Assembly (NCBI GenBank): GCA_013239625.1
Contig: MU053881.1
Span: forward strand, 1,674,001-1,738,000
Source of the DNA: Lama guanicoe
Taxonomy: Eukaryota
Length of the DNA stretch: 64,000 nt
Direction of reading: 5' to 3'
In this document: one piece after another, positions 45,269 through 59,292 of the stretch
Numbering within the stretch: position 1 is the first letter of the stretch
Layout of the letters: each line of letters opens with the position of its first letter
The notes under the pieces: generated by a model
Seen by the model: the letters and a program-made list of their open reading frames with translations, nothing else
What the model was told of the DNA's origin: nothing
Database searches by the model: none
Program-made: the position numbers and the translations under genes

Positions 45269-48200
45269 ACAATGCCGACTCGTGGCGCTCTTTATAATGC
45301 CGGAGCCGGGGCCACCTCGCAACAAGGCGCATGCTCATTGGCCTCGTCGGCCCGTCACTCAACCCCGCTCCGACGTCCCATTGGCTGCAGCGCCGCACGC
45401 ACGCTGGAGCCGGGCGGGCTTTGTCCTCATTTTAGAATCCGCGCGAGCCGGGGCCTTGCGGAGGGTCGCCGGGCTGGTGGCTTGACGGCACCACCTGGTG
45501 CGGCCAGCAGCCCGAGGCTAGCTAGCTTCTGTGGGGCCCAAGACTGGCCCTCGGCCCTCTGAGGCTGTAGTCTCTCTTCGCGGTGCGCCCCGTCCCAGCC
45601 ATTAGCAGCCTCGGCTACTCCATTTCCCAAAAGAGGAAACAGCTCTAAGAAATTTCGGAAACCAAGGCCCCTGGCTGGAAATGGCAGAACCCGGCCTTCA
45701 GCGATTGGGCGCTTAGGGTCCTCCAGGGCCCTTGGCCTGGCTGGGAGAAGTCGGGACGGAGCCCGCCCTGCCGCCTTGACCTTGGTGCTGTCTGAGCCAC
45801 GCGCTCCCGCCCTTTCTGCCACCTCCCCTGGGGGCCAGATGCGGGGAGGGGGCGGAGTCCGCCAGGTGACTTGCCAGTGATACTCCACCGATATGTGGCG
45901 GGAGGAAGGGTTGGGAGTACCATATCCCCCAGTCTTATGTCACCTGACAACACCGGGACGATTAGCATCATATTTACACTTGTAGAGTCATTTATTTTTT
46001 GCTGAAATCTATTTTTAAGAAAAATTCACCACTTCCCTGAAATGATGAAGTTTGAGGGAAGGGAAGAATAGTCCTCTTTTTCTGGTAGGAAAACCCCTTA
46101 CTATTTATATACTTGACCACCAAGCTTGAAAGGCCTGCATAATCCCGTGATTCCTTTTAATCAAATGGGTGACGGACCCCGAATGAACCAGGATTAAAAC
46201 CTCTGAAGCCTGGGGATTACCAAATAACGGCAGAACACTAGTAGCTGATGTTTCCTACTGGGTTCCTGCGGCCAGGCCCCGTGGTGGGCCGGGCATTCTG
46301 TTTTCTCATCTGGTGTCCTAACAACCCTGTGGAAGGTGGTACCTACCAGTTTATAAGTGAGAAAACAAGCCTAGAGTCCTGGTCCAAAATTCACTTCCTA
46401 GTCTGAACAGCCAGTGTAGTTACCATAAGAATGTAAAATGTGACACTTTCACATTTGGAAAAAATAATTTTCAGATAATTTGAAAATTATTAGCCACACA
46501 ATGCTGCATTTCCCCCAAAGTATCAACCACCTAGAGCTGGGGCACCCACCCACCAGATTAGCAAATGCCTCTGGTTCATCCCAAGGTCCATCTGACCATT
46601 TCACTTTCAGGCTTGATTCTATACCTGGAATTCACATGTCTCCATAAAACCTTGGTCATGTCACTGAAATCTGGTGGTAAGGTTTCCAAGAAAGTCCCTA
46701 ACAAACTCCACCCCAGCCCTTGCCCACCCACAGAAATAAGGGGGAGGGATTTGGTCACAGGTGAGCATGGGCATAGCTGCCCAAGCCATGAAGAAAATCC
46801 AAGCGATCAAGTTCAGAGTCAAATAGTCTGAGAATAGCCACAGGACATAACTACTGAGGCACTTAATCTTCCGTTCTCATCCCCATGGATTCTTTTAGCA
46901 CAACTTGGGAAACACTTTCAGTGACATAAAAAGTCTGGATAACAACGTGTGGGTGTTGCATCACAGTTTGCAAAATGCTTTCACCAACACTGCTTTATTG
47001 GAGCTTCAAAATAACTTTGCATGCAGTTATCAATAGTTTATGCACCAAAACTCTGAAATCACACAGCTAAAATGACGGAGCCACTAACCCAGCACTGGCA
47101 ACTCCGCGTTGTTCCCAGGGCTCTTGACTAGTGTAAGACAAAGAGGCTCTGAGCACCTGTGTCCCTTGGTCTAAATTAGATTTCATATCAGATTAAATGA
47201 TTCTGAGGCTCAAATGAAGCAATGGCTCAGAAAGTACTTCACGAACCATAAAGAATGGCAGACAAATGGGGGTCAATCTCAGCACAGCATGCTTTTATAT
47301 TGCACCCAAGCGTGCTTCTGACAGGCAGCACGCTGGGATGTTTGGAAACAGCAGGAAGTCCCTTTGACACAAGGGACTCTTGTTATTGGGTCCCAGTTAC
47401 AGACTTGAGTTAAGGGCATCTTCTATGACAATGAGGTTCTCAAATTAGCAAGCAGCCCATTTACCCCTGAAGGTCCCTTAGAGTACAGTCCCCTGGCTTT
47501 GGGGAGTCAGGCTGTCAGGCAATGTATGTGTAAGCATGTGTACAAGCACCAACTAGAATAGCAAGGACACAAAATGCATTTTGAAAATTCTTTAAAAAAA
47601 TTTTTTGGCTAAGCTTGCAAGGTAGAAGTTGCAGGAGTTAATTGCAAACATGTAAACATGTCATGACTGTAGTGGCGGACTCCCACGCGGGGGCCACTTC
47701 CCACAGCACAGCTCTACCACCTCCAGCTCCCTCACTCCAGGGCTGACTCTGGCTCCAGCCAGAGGAAGCTTTCTAAAACGTAAGTTGGATCTTGTCACAC
47801 TCTTTGTGAAAACTTTGGCTGGTTTCCCAGTACTCTGAGGATAAAGTCTTGACCCTGAATCTGGGTGAGACAGTTGGGGCTCATAGAAATCTGTGCCCTC
47901 CTCCCTCCAACCTCTCTTGCTGTATGATCTGTGAGTGGAAGGGTCACTTCCAGGCCTGGGCAGTCAACACCAGGTGTGTTCTTCAGACCTCTCTTCCTCT
48001 GAAGACCACAGAGCCACATTATAGAGAGAGATGTTCGACCCACATCCAACTTGACATGAGCAAGAAATGAACCTGGACTAGGTCAAGCCATTGAGATATG
48101 GGAGTTTATCTTTAATTGCAGTCTAGCCAAGCCTGACTGTCCCACTCAGCTTGAGAAGCCTGGCATGAGCCACCCCAGCCACATCTCATGCCCAGCTCTC

Positions 48201-48312
48201 CCCTCTAGCTGATTTCTTTCCTGGAACTCATCTGCACCCTCTTGTCTTTGCACCTGCTGTTCCCTCTGCCTGGAATACTCTTCCTCAAATTTCACTTGCC
48301 TACTCTGCGTAT

Positions 48313-49152
48313 CTGTTTTGGGCAGAATTGTATGCGCCCAAAATATATGTTCAATTCCCAACCCGCGGTACCGGTGCCTGTGACCTTATTTGGAAATAGA
48401 GTCTTTGCAGATGTAATCAAGTTGAGGCCAGACTGAGGTAGGTAGGGCCCTAATCCAATATGACTGGTGCCTTATAAGAAGAAAAGACACACAAACAGCT
48501 GGACACAAGGAAAACACCACGTGATGACAGAGGCAGAGACTGGAGTGATGGTCTACAACCCAAGGGCCTTAGTTCAGGTTGCTATAACAAAATACCATGG
48601 ACAGGTGGCTTAGACAACAAATTTATTTCTCACAACTTTAGTCTGGGAAGTCCAAGATCAAAGTGTTGGCAGATCTGGTGTCTTGTGAGGGCCCCCTTCC
48701 TAGTTTGCAGAGGGCTCTCTTCTCATTGTATCTTCACATGGCAGAGAGCAAAGAGAAGCAAGCTCTCTCATGGCTTTTCTTATAAGGGCACTAATTACAT
48801 CATGAGGGCCCTACCCTCATGACCTCATCTAAACCCAGTTGTCTCCCAAAGGCCCCACTTCCAAACACTATCACACTGGGGACTAGGTTCTCAACAGATG
48901 GATTTGGATTGACACAAACATTCAGTCCATAGCATGAAGGTACACCAGTTGCCCACAACACCATAAGCTGGGAGAGAGGCATGAAGCAGATCCTCCCCTA
49001 AAGCCTTCAGAGGGAACATGGCCCTACCCACACCATGAATTTGGTCTCCTGGCCTCCAGAACTGTGAGACAGTCTATTTCTGTTGTTGTCACACCACCCT
49101 CCGCCCCTAGCTGGTGGTGCTTTATTACCGCAGCCTTAGCTGACTAATCCAA
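48313..49152 (+). mobile_element. MLT1 (MLT1C-like) MaLR LTR interrupted by a second LTR
   Basis: gtgaccttatttggaaatagagtctttgcagatgtaat...ggcctccagaactgtgagac. Confidence 0.8.
48566..48934 (-). mobile_element. Nested MLT1A/MST-like MaLR solo LTR, opposite orientation
   Basis: cttagttcaggttgctataacaaaatacc...aagtccaagatcaaagtg...acattcagtccatagca. Confidence 0.8.
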
Positions 49153-50071
49153 CATCCATCAGACTTCAGCTGTGACAGGCCCCGAGGAAGAGCCCATCTC
49201 AGAGCACAGACTGTGCAATATTGACATTGATCTTGAGTTCCATGAGGTCCTGCACCAGGTCTGTCTCCTTCACCCCAACACCTCTAGTGGGCAGCACTCC
49301 AATCTGTGCAGAATGAATAAAAGATCCCCCAACCCGAGGTGACAAACTGGCTCCTAGTGGGCTGATTCTGACTCTCAGATGGGCTTGCTTGCCCCATACA
49401 GTGTCTCGAACATTGTAAAGAATTATTTGCCTCCTCCCTTTGGAGCCAAATGAAGTAGCTGAGAGAACTCCTCTGAGCCCAGAGTGGCAGGCTTTGCTCC
49501 GCCAGTAGCTTTACCAAGAGAACCAGCAAGGAGCCGGCTGTTACCTCTTTCACAGAAGGGGAGCCATCCTCCCAACCTCTCACCAGAACGTGTGAGAGCA
49601 ATGAGAGCTGGAAGAGTTAAGAATCAGCTCTCCTCAATGGCAAATGGCGTTGAAAGAAAATGTCCCACACGCCGATGTGTTATAATAAGAAAGTCTGCCT
49701 AGAAGAAGATGATCTGGGAAGGGAAGGCGACATTATTTACAGCTTTAAAACAGTGTTCGAAATGGGAAAATGAAGTACTTAACACTAAAAAAATTATTTG
49801 TCAACATTTACGAAGCATGATTTTTCTACAAAATGTTGTATTTCCAGTTACTTTTGGAAAATTGTTGGATGCAGTCACACTGGGCCGCAGTCCCATGTGT
49901 CCAGCAGGCGGGACAGGTGCTGTCCACCTCACTCCAGTCCCCACCAGGTCCTAATGTCTTGCTCTTGGGCCCCCTAAACTCACCTTCAGCAACTGAATGC
50001 ATTAGGGATATCAGTCCCTAACTAGGCCTCCATGAAACTCAGCTTCTTCATCTTTAAAACAGGGGTAACAC

Positions 50072-50268
50072 ACATATATATTATATATGTAATTATAATA
50101 TATGTGTATATAATACATATTATATTATGTATTATATAATATTTTATATATTGTGTATAATATATAATATAATTATTGTATATGTGTGTGTAACTGAATC
50201 ACTATGCTGTACATCAGAAATTAACACATTGTGTAAAAAGGTAATTAATTAATTAATTAATTAATTAA
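50072..50268 (+). repeat. TA-rich tract, short L1 3' tail and (TAAT)n
   Basis: (TA)-rich 50072-50185; taactgaatcactatgctgtacatcagaaattaacacattgt; (taat)n ~50242-50267. Confidence 0.75.
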
Positions 50269-52574
50269 ACTGTAAAACAAGGGATGGCAGCACTTGCCCC
50301 TCCGCACTCCTACAGGGATGAGACCGTCCGCCAAGAGTTCAGCAGGGAGACAGGCGGGCAGGAGGCAGAAGTGACAGCTGCTAGGGCTGCTAACAAGAAT
50401 TACAATAGAGGCCCCCAGGGAAGACTCCTTCGCTTGATGGGCTCCCCATCCTGTCTTAAATCCTCCAGACAGACTCAGAAGATGTGGAGATGCTCTGCTA
50501 GCCAGTGCTCCCCTAACCCCGACCCACTAAGGTCACATTTGCAACAGCCACCTGTGCCTACTTGGAGTCTCAGAGGCAGCCTCTGGCCAGCAGAGGCCAA
50601 TCAGAATTGTCTAGGACACCCTTCTGGAATCAGACCTCAATGGAAGATGCGGCATGTACAGACCTAACCCTCCCAGTCTCCTTGGAGCTCGCAAGGCTGC
50701 CTTCAGTGAATGAGACATACAGAGGGGCCTGGTCTGGCTTCATGTCACAATCTCTGGTGTAGCCTTTAAAATTTAAGCTTCCTCTGGGACTGGACTCTCA
50801 CTTTTGTACAGCATTCTGGGCATAGGGATAGGGACAGATTTAGGGCGCACTGCTGCTGACCAGGTTGGAGAAAAGTCTATGAAATCAGGAAACACCTATG
50901 TCCTCTCTGAAAGGCAGCAGCGCCCCCTCAGAAGAGCAGCCTTGGCGGCTCCTTTGCATGGGGCTTAGCACTGGCCTGCTGTCTGACTCTGTATGACTCT
51001 TGAACAAAGAGTGATTTTTAAATTTTTCAATGATTGAAAAAAAATCAAAAGAATAGTGTTTCATGACACATAAATTCTATGAAACCCAAAGTTAGTGTCC
51101 ATAAATAATGTTTTAAATTCTGCCAATAAAAATGTATGGAAATGTTTCATTTCTTCTCATATTATTTACCTACCTACATAATATCATCTAAATTTTGCCT
51201 CTTGGCCCACATAGCCAAAAATACTTACTATCTGATGCTATAAAGGGCAAGTTTGCCCATCTAGACCCCTAAACTCCAATACAGGGTCATTTTGGCCCCT
51301 AAACTCCAATATGGGAGCTCCAGATTTGGCTTTGGAATTAGAAGGCCCAGCTCAAATCCCAGCTCCTGTACGTCCCAACTCTGAGACTTAAGAACAAGTT
51401 ATTTCTCCTTTTTGAGCCTCAATTTTCTTCATTTGAAAGTCAGGCCAGCACTCAAAGGGCGTAAAGAGGGTGAAAACCCAGCGCCTGCCGTAGATCTGGC
51501 CGCTCATTCACTAGTTTCCAGTCCCCCAGTCTCATTCCAGTTTCAGTCTGCACATCTCCAGCTGCAACACCTGTCCACCGAGCCCCCGGCGCCTCATTGG
51601 GTACCTTGTCCAGGTGATGCTCGGGTCAGTCGCCGCCTTCCAGCATCCTCAGCAATCTCCATCTCCCCTGGCAGGGGTCCCACATGGGTGGCTTCTCAAT
51701 AGGTTTGGCAGCGCAAATCGCCATCTGCCTGGAATAGCCTCCCTTCTTCCTCACCTTCCTCAGATTCTGTTTCCTCCAAGATGATACCCACCCACCCCAC
51801 CGCCGCCCACTCTGCAGCCCCAGCAGTCCGCTTGGACTCACAGGTCTGCCTTTCCTCGGGTCGACTGCAGCACTTCCGGCACGCCCGAGGGGTGATCTGG
51901 GCATGCGCACAGGTCTGGTCCCTGCAGGTGAGGACCAGTTTCCAGCCCAGCCCTGCCCAGCCCTCTCCGCATTCTTAAGACTGCCCCAGTGAGGCGCGGC
52001 CCAGAGTTCCAGGACCACGTTCTTCCCTTCCCCTTGAGCTCCGTGACAGAAACCTCATCAATTCTGACATCCGGTATCTGAATCTTAACTGCTCCGTTTT
52101 TCAGCAGAGCCCCGACCCATGGACTCCCCTGCCCATCTTGCCCAGTCCCAACGGCTTCTGCTTTATAGAACCAGCTCCAGTCATGCTCTCTCCTGGGCCC
52201 AGGTCGGCCTGGTCACCACCGGCTTATGCTGGGCTCGCCTTGGGTGTAGGGCAGGGCCCACCCCACCCATTTTCCTTCATCAGCTCCTGCCAGTAAATCT
52301 TTGCCTCCTGGGGAAGTGTGTCTTCTAAAATTGACCCTCCCTTTGGCTGTTAGGTCAGAACCACTTCCAGCAATGAAGAACGATGTCCTAGAGTTGAACT
52401 TGTGGCCAACAAGTTCTCCCGTCCCCAGTTAATGTTCCTCCATTTTGCCAAAGAGGTGAGAACTAGCCTCCCACTCACTGGTGGGACCTTGAGCCCTGAC
52501 CCATGGTGGGAGCAGCTTCCTCATGTCAGTCACCAGATTTTCCTTCCACACTCTAACCACTTCTCAAGTTTCTT

Positions 52575-52950
52575 TTCCCTACACACATTTTTATTGGGAT
52601 ATAATTGACATACCATAAAATCCACCCACTTACAGTGTACAATTCAGTGGTTTTGGCATATTCACAGAGCTGGGCAAGGTCATTATAATCTCAGTTTAGA
52701 ATATGTGCATCACCTAAAAAATCCCTCACCCTTATGTCATTCCCATCCCCCCCTCCAGCCCCCAGAAGCACTAATCTACTCTCCATCTCCATAGATTTGC
52801 CTATTCTGGATATTTTATGTAAGTGGAATCATATAGCACATGGCATTTAGTGTCTGGCCTCTTTCACTTAGCGTAATTTTTTCAATGTTCATCCATATTA
52901 CAATGTGTATCGGTACTTCTTCATTGTACCTTTTTATTGCTAAATAATTT
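52575..52950 (-). mobile_element. L1 3' end fragment
   Basis: ttattgggatataattgacatacc...ctttcacttagcgtaattttttcaatgttcatcca. Confidence 0.8.
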
Positions 52951-53319
52951 TCCACTTCTTTTGCTGGTTCCCCCCCTCCCGAGACTGAATTTCAAACATG
53001 TTGAAGCACCTCAAGATTCAACCCTCCTCCTCTCTTCATCTCTGTCTACTCAGCCCCCAGGTGACCTCATCCAGTATCTTGGCACAAAAGACCATGTATG
53101 CAAATGACCCACGAATCTCTCTCTAGTCTGGCCCTTTCCCATGAGCTCCAGACACACAGGTCCCATGGCCTCCTCCATGTCCCCACTTGAAGGTCATCTC
53201 AGGCATCAGGCTTGATACAACCAATACAAGCAAACCACAGTCCGTACATCAATTATACTTCAATTTTCAAAAATAACTTAAAAAAAAAAACAGTCTGAGC
53301 TCAGTTGTGAGTATGGATG

Positions 53320-54040
53320 GAAGAATGCTAGTAAGTATAAGCAAACAACCTAACAGCACATTAATAATAATTTTAAACCTTACAAAGAAGGCTTATTCCA
53401 GAAAGGCAAGGATGGTTTAATATTAAGAACTCTGTTAAGATAATGCACCATATTAATAGATTAAATGAGGGAAAAAGTCTTATCAACACATACTAACAGA
53501 GAAACTGATAAATCTCAACATATATTTTTAGTAAACATTCTTGGTAAAACAGAACAAGGTAAACATTTATAAAAGCAACCCAAATGTCATCTTCCAGAAG
53601 CACTTTCATTAAAGTAAGAAATGACACAAACTTGTCTTCTTCTATTTATTATTTAACCTTTTCTGGGTGTACAACCAATGTAATTGGACAAGAGAAAGAA
53701 ATTAGAAGTATAAAAACAGGAAAAGAGTAGGCAAAACCATCACCATTCGCAGATAATGTGATCATATGTGAGGAAAACCCAAAGAGAATTAACCAGAACA
53801 CTATTCTAAACTATAAAAGAATTCAGTATGGTGGCTTGTATATATGCCAACAACAATCAGAAGATAGAAAGACCTAAAACACCTAGGAATACACTTAAGA
53901 TAAAAATGAAGAAAATTTGAAATACTGAGCACACAAAAGATCCGAGCAAACAGGAAGATTAACATTACGATGATGTCAAACCTCTCGCAGACATTTGATA
54001 AAAGAATTTGTTAATGCTATCCTAATAAAAACACCAAAAA
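53320..54040 (+). mobile_element. Decayed L1 ORF2 fragment
   Basis: A-rich; gcaaggatggtttaatattaag, attcgcagataatgtgatc (FADD-like remnant), aaacacctaggaatacactta. Confidence 0.7.
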
Positions 54041-54469
54041 TGTAATAGGAACAATCTCCTACTGTAAAAAGTAAGATGCAGACTGCTGTGCATAATATAC
54101 TACCATTTCTATGGAAAAGCATTTTTACAGAGATAAGATCTGGACTGCCTATGGAAGGCAATGTAGGAAATGGGTCTCATTGGTTGCTTCTGGTTAGTAA
54201 AATGGGTGAAATGGGTGGGCGGGACACTGTTCACTGTATAACTTTTTGTTACCATTTTGAACCATGTGACTATAATACTTATTCAAATTTTTTGAAAACT
54301 GAAAACCACCATATTTCTATTTTTTAAAATATTTTAAGGGCTCTGTGTTGCCAGCAAGTGATTTAGGTATCCAAGAACTTCCAGAACTGGACTCCAAATA
54401 ATGGTATTTGATGACAACAGATTGGTGAGGAGAGGGGAAGCCACCAGCACCACCACCACCTTCCAAACC

Positions 54470-54692
54470 AAGGAACTACAGTGAGTACAGCCCATGTGCC
54501 AAATCTAGCCCGCTCTCTGTTTTTACACACAAGTTTTGTTGGAAACTCCACATCCATTTGTTTACATATTGCCCAGAGCGGCTTTCATAGTGTCACAGCA
54601 GAGTTGAATGGCTGTAACAGACACTATATAGCCCACAAAGCCTAGAATATTCACTGTCTGGCTCCTGACAGAAAACCTCTGCCGAGTCCTCA
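54470..54692. mobile_element. MER58-like hAT-Charlie element
   Basis: gccaaatctagccc...ccatttgtttacatattg...gcccacaaagcctagaatattcactgtctggc. Confidence 0.75.
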
Positions 54693-55669
54693 CCTACATC
54701 GGGCGGACTCTGGCAGCCAAGGTCTCCCAGTCAAGCCCCAAACACTCCCAACCCAGTTTCCTCCCCAGTTTGCTCCACTCCAGCCTGGCTGCCCTCCTCT
54801 CTGTCCCTCTTAAAGAAAGAAAAAGATAGATTCCTCTTTCCATGTGTGGACAGAAGTCGAGCGTGGTCAGGCTTCCATCCCTCCTCAGCAGTACTGGGGG
54901 CTGCGGAGGAGGTATACAGGACTGGGAAAGGGACGTCCAGCTGCTCCCCGAATCCCGCCTCTCCCCATTCCCAGCTAAGCACTGACTGAGGGAGGGAGGG
55001 GAACCTTGTCCCTGGTTTGTTCTGTGGTCCAGGGCAAGTCGCTGCCTCTCCAAGCCTCTCCTTCCCCTCTGTTACGGGGGGAGGGGGACTAGGTGGGGCC
55101 TAAGGATGCTTCGAGTTCTCACATTCTAGGAGTAGGACCGTGAACTCCAGGCCCCTCCAAAGGCAAAGCAAGAAACCAGCTGTCAACAGAGCAGTCATAA
55201 AAAGTTCATAAGCCAGAGCCGCCACACCCAGTCCCGGTGATTCCTCACTGCTCCGCGGGGTAGGCATACGTGTGAGGAGGAGGAGATGTAAGCCTGGCCA
55301 GCGGGTTGAAATCGGCCCACTTGACAGACCCCGGGCTCAGGCAGTGACAGTGTCACCTGCTTTCTCCATCCCATCACATTTCATGGAATCAACGACTCTG
55401 GGACAGGCTCAGAGGCAGAGGCCCTTCCACGGAGACTCCCAGATCTCCACCCGCACCTGGGACTCAGGTCTCCCTGCAGCTCCAGCCACATCCACAGGGG
55501 CCAACGTTGATCCAGCACTTACTTTCTAAGTCTTTGAGCCTCTCCACAACCTGATGCGGTGGGGACGATCACTGTCCACACCAAGCCCTCCTGGGCCTCT
55601 TTTCTCAGCCAGCCTTTCCTGACCTGCCACTCTACCTGTGTTTCCAATTCAGTGAATGCATCCAGAAAT

Positions 55670-56005
55670 TGATGTGTTCATTTTCTACTGTTGTTGTAAC
55701 ATATGACCACTTAGTATCTTAAAACAATAAATATCCTTTTATTCTTTCACAGGTCCTCAGGTCAGAAGTCCGGGATGGCATGGCTGGGTTCTCTGATAGG
55801 CGCTTACAAGGGTAAAATCAAACTTTCCAACTGCCGTGATCTCATCTGGCCCTTGGGATCCTCTTCCAAGTTCATCCCTGCTGTTGGCAGGATTCGGTTC
55901 CTTGTGGTTGTTGGACTGGGATCCCCATTTCCTGTCGGCCAGGGATGGTTCTCAGCTCCTTGCAGCTGCTCTTTGGTCTTTGCGTGTGGCCCCCTCCAGC
56001 ATCGG
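55670..56005 (-). mobile_element. MLT1-type LTR fragment
   Basis: ttgttgtaaca...ggtcagaagtcc...ttggcaggattcggttccttgtggttg. Confidence 0.65.
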
Positions 56006-59000
56006 GTGCCAGGTTCAAATCTGATTCCCCTTCAGCCACCAGCAGAGGGAGCCCCCCAGGCGTATTGTCCACCCCCCTGTTTTTCCACAGTTGCCTGAAT
56101 ACTCTTCCAAAAGCATGAAACTAACCAGGTTAACCCCCAAGTTAAACTCTTGCTCCCCAGTAGCCTCAAGATCTAAGCAAAATTCTATAAAGTCCATTCA
56201 CTCAAATGTTTTCTGAGCACTGACTCCCTGCCAGGTACCAGATCCACAGACAGACTCTGCCCTCCTGGAGCTCTCTGTGTTGTGGGACAGAGGGACCCCG
56301 ACAGGAGTGTGGCTGCGGTAAGCAGTGACAGTGGCCATCATGTGGGCCCTGCCACCGGCTGTCTTCAGCTTTGAACTCTCCCCACCCCACCTCCAGGCTT
56401 TCCCAGCACCCCTCCCCCCACTCTCCCATTCCACAAATCTCAGGAGCAAGCAGCTTTTCCCAGATCCCTTCCTAGGTTCCAGTTCAATACTCTTAGAGCG
56501 CCTGATACTTCCCCATCATGGGATGCAGCAGCAGAATTCATAGGGAGCCTCTGGGGAGTCAAGAACTTTCTCGAGCTCACCAGCGTTCCCTCTAACGTGT
56601 GGCATGGTGTTCAACACATCCCAGGTGCTCAGTACATTTTTTTTGGAATGACTGCAAAGTCTGAAAGGCAATGGTGGAGACCCAAACCTCCTCAGTGTCC
56701 CTTCTATTCCTAACAGTTTGCCAAGTCTGCAGAAAATGTTGGCAGCAAAAACTCCAGCTGCTCAGAGTTCTAGCCCTTGGATGCCCACCTTGGCACCCCC
56801 TGGCCTGGCCCTAGCTGTAAACTGCAGCTGGACCCCCAGGATGTTGCTGCTTGGGGATCAGCTATTTAAGAACCAGAGCTAGCTCCACCACATGAAGTCT
56901 GGCAGGCATGCCAGTGTCGATTCCAGGAGGCCAAGAGGAAAGGAAGAGATTTTCTGGGCACACGAACAGAAATTGTGCCCATCAAGCAATTGCTCAAGAA
57001 TCCCATTAAGCAGTGGGAGGCAGCGTGGCATCCTGGAGACAGGGCAGGTTTTGCACGCATACACACACATGCACGCATCTACACTCCAGCAACATCTACC
57101 AAAACAGCAAAGAAAATGAGAGCGTCTCCAACAGAGAAAGCTCCCTGATTTTTGAAAGCATGCAAAGGCAATGGAAGAGGGTAACAGATGAAGCGGTTGG
57201 TGAGAGCTGCAGTCTAGGAGAGGCTGCAGGGGGAGGCGGGGGACTGCAGAGGAAACTGGCCCGAGCAGCATCCACAGGCTCCAGGACTGTGTGAGTGGGA
57301 GTCAGACTGAAACAGGGGCGGCACTGGCACCCACCGCCTCCTCCTCCCTCCAGGCAGCCCCAGACCAAAAGCCCATCTGGGAAGAGTGCGGGCTTTTGGT
57401 AGGTGCTGGTGGCTGGAAGAAGAGCCTGCCTCAGACTGCGGCTGGGGATCCGGGGCTGACGATGGGCTCGTGGCCACCCTCTTCCCATCACCAGCTGGAG
57501 CCCCCAGCCCACGGCAGGCGCCTGGACACAGAGCGCCCAACCAGAACACACAGCACCTCGTGAAACTGCCTCAGCTTCTCATCTGTCAAATGCCTGGATG
57601 AGGTGGTCCCTAGGGTCCCTTGGACTTCTTAAAATATCATGCTGTCCACTAGTTTTATCCCTGCCAGAGATCAAAGCCACTCGCTATGGCTGGCCCCGGT
57701 CACTGGCTGGGAGAGAGGGACGGAGAGTCAGGGCCGAGGCCGCACATGAGAAAGTGCCTAGCGACATGGGCCCAGCCCTCAGCACCACCAGAAAACCTAT
57801 TAGATATTAAAAATAGTTTAAAAAAAACAAACAAACCAAACACTAGAGCCTTCAAAGCAGCTTCATACTAGAAAAAGAACAGAGAGACTGGAAAGAGATC
57901 CAAGCACGTATTAGAGTCCAGCACAACACAAAGGCATTTTAAATGAATGGATGGAAAGAGGAAGGATTCAATCAATGGCCTGAGGACAATGGCGAACCAC
58001 CTGGAAAAAAGCGAAGCTGGAGCCCTGCCTTGTTCCTAACACTCACATTAAAACTGATGATCAAAATTTTTCATATAAACGGTGAAACCACAAAAGCACT
58101 AGAAAATTTTCCTTTGAATACAAAAAGCTTTTCTAAAGCACTAAGAGACAACCCTATAGAAAGACTGGACAAGGATAGAATAGAGAGTTCACAGAAAAAC
58201 AAACATAAATGACCTATAAAAATATAAACTGTCTGGCCTCCTTCTGAACTAAAGAAATGTAAATAAACGCAGACACTATTTCTCCCCACTGGATCATCAC
58301 CACCCCTCCTCCCCCTGATAAAAGGCTGCTAAAACCCAGTCTTCGCAAGCGATGTAGAGACAATATCAGAACAATTGTAAACCGCACCTCTTTAGAGGAC
58401 AATTGGACCATACCGCACCCATCAAAACCTAAATGTTAGAGATTTTTCCCCGGATAGACTCACAAAAGTACCGAAGATACTACACAAGATTCATTGCAAA
58501 TTTATTCAAAATAGTAAAAGCACTAAAAACAAAACTAAAGTCCATCACTAGGAGCTGGTCAACTACATTATGGAAATGCTTACAACGTGATATGACAACG
58601 CATTAAAAGAATGAGGTTTATCTCTATGGCGAAAATAGGAAAATTTCCCAAGATATATTGATAAGTGGAAACAAATTGCCAGACAGTGTATTATATCATT
58701 TAACGTATGTAAACAAATATATTTGCATGTATACACAATAAAACTTAATGGTAAGTGTCTCTGGAGAGCTTAAATCAGGGAATAGGGGTTGAGGAGGAAG
58801 GATGTTTAACTTTTTGTTTTATATTCTTATGTACTATCTGAAAAAAATTTTAACATAAATATTATCACCTTTCAAATAATACATTTTAAATTCCAAAGCC
58901 AAAATCCTGACCCTAAAGAAACCCAACTTTCTCAAGTGCCAAGCTGACTTTTCTAAGCAGTTAGCTTTATGCAGTAAGGTGCATAAAGCACCTAAGCAGT

Positions 59001-59161
59001 TGTGTCTGAGGAAGGTTCTACCTTCCAGAATCCCATTGATGGTCCCTCTCTCCTTAGGCTCTGTCCTGAAATCTCAGGCTTCTCTTCTGGGGAGACACCA
59101 GTTGCAAACTTCTATTTGAACATGAGCTTCTAGAGAAAGCATCTAGCTTGATAAATAAGAA

Positions 59162-59292
59162 GGGGAGGGGATAGCTCAGTGGTAGAGCACATGGTTAGCA
59201 TGTACGAGGTCCTGGGTTCAATCCCCAGTACCTCCATTAAAATAAGTAAATAAATAAACCTAATTACCTCTCCCCATAAAGAAAAAAAATTA
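59162..59292 (+). mobile_element. tRNA-derived SINE (camelid vic-1-like)
   Basis: A box tagctcagtgg, B box ggttcaatccc, taaataaacctaattacctc tail and A-rich end. Confidence 0.9.

Larger units (their letters stand above)
44350..45900 (-). promoter_or_regulatory. HNRNPAB CpG-island promoter with TATAAA (45291-45296), CCAAT boxes (45337-45341, 45380-45384) and NRF1-like GCGCATGC (45327-45334)
   Basis: Motifs read directly; dense CpG. Confidence 0.85.

Noticed and set aside
57013..57294. 93-aa ORF near a GTGAGT donor-like site in the intergenic region
   Set aside because: Non-ATG start, no recognisable homology and no clear acceptor; cannot be supported without expression data.
59162..59235. 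tRNA-like sequences (also 60230-60303 and 36545-36605)
   Set aside because: They carry AT-rich SINE tails, two show TSDs, and they occur as diverged multi-copy elements, so they are SINEs rather than tRNA genes.
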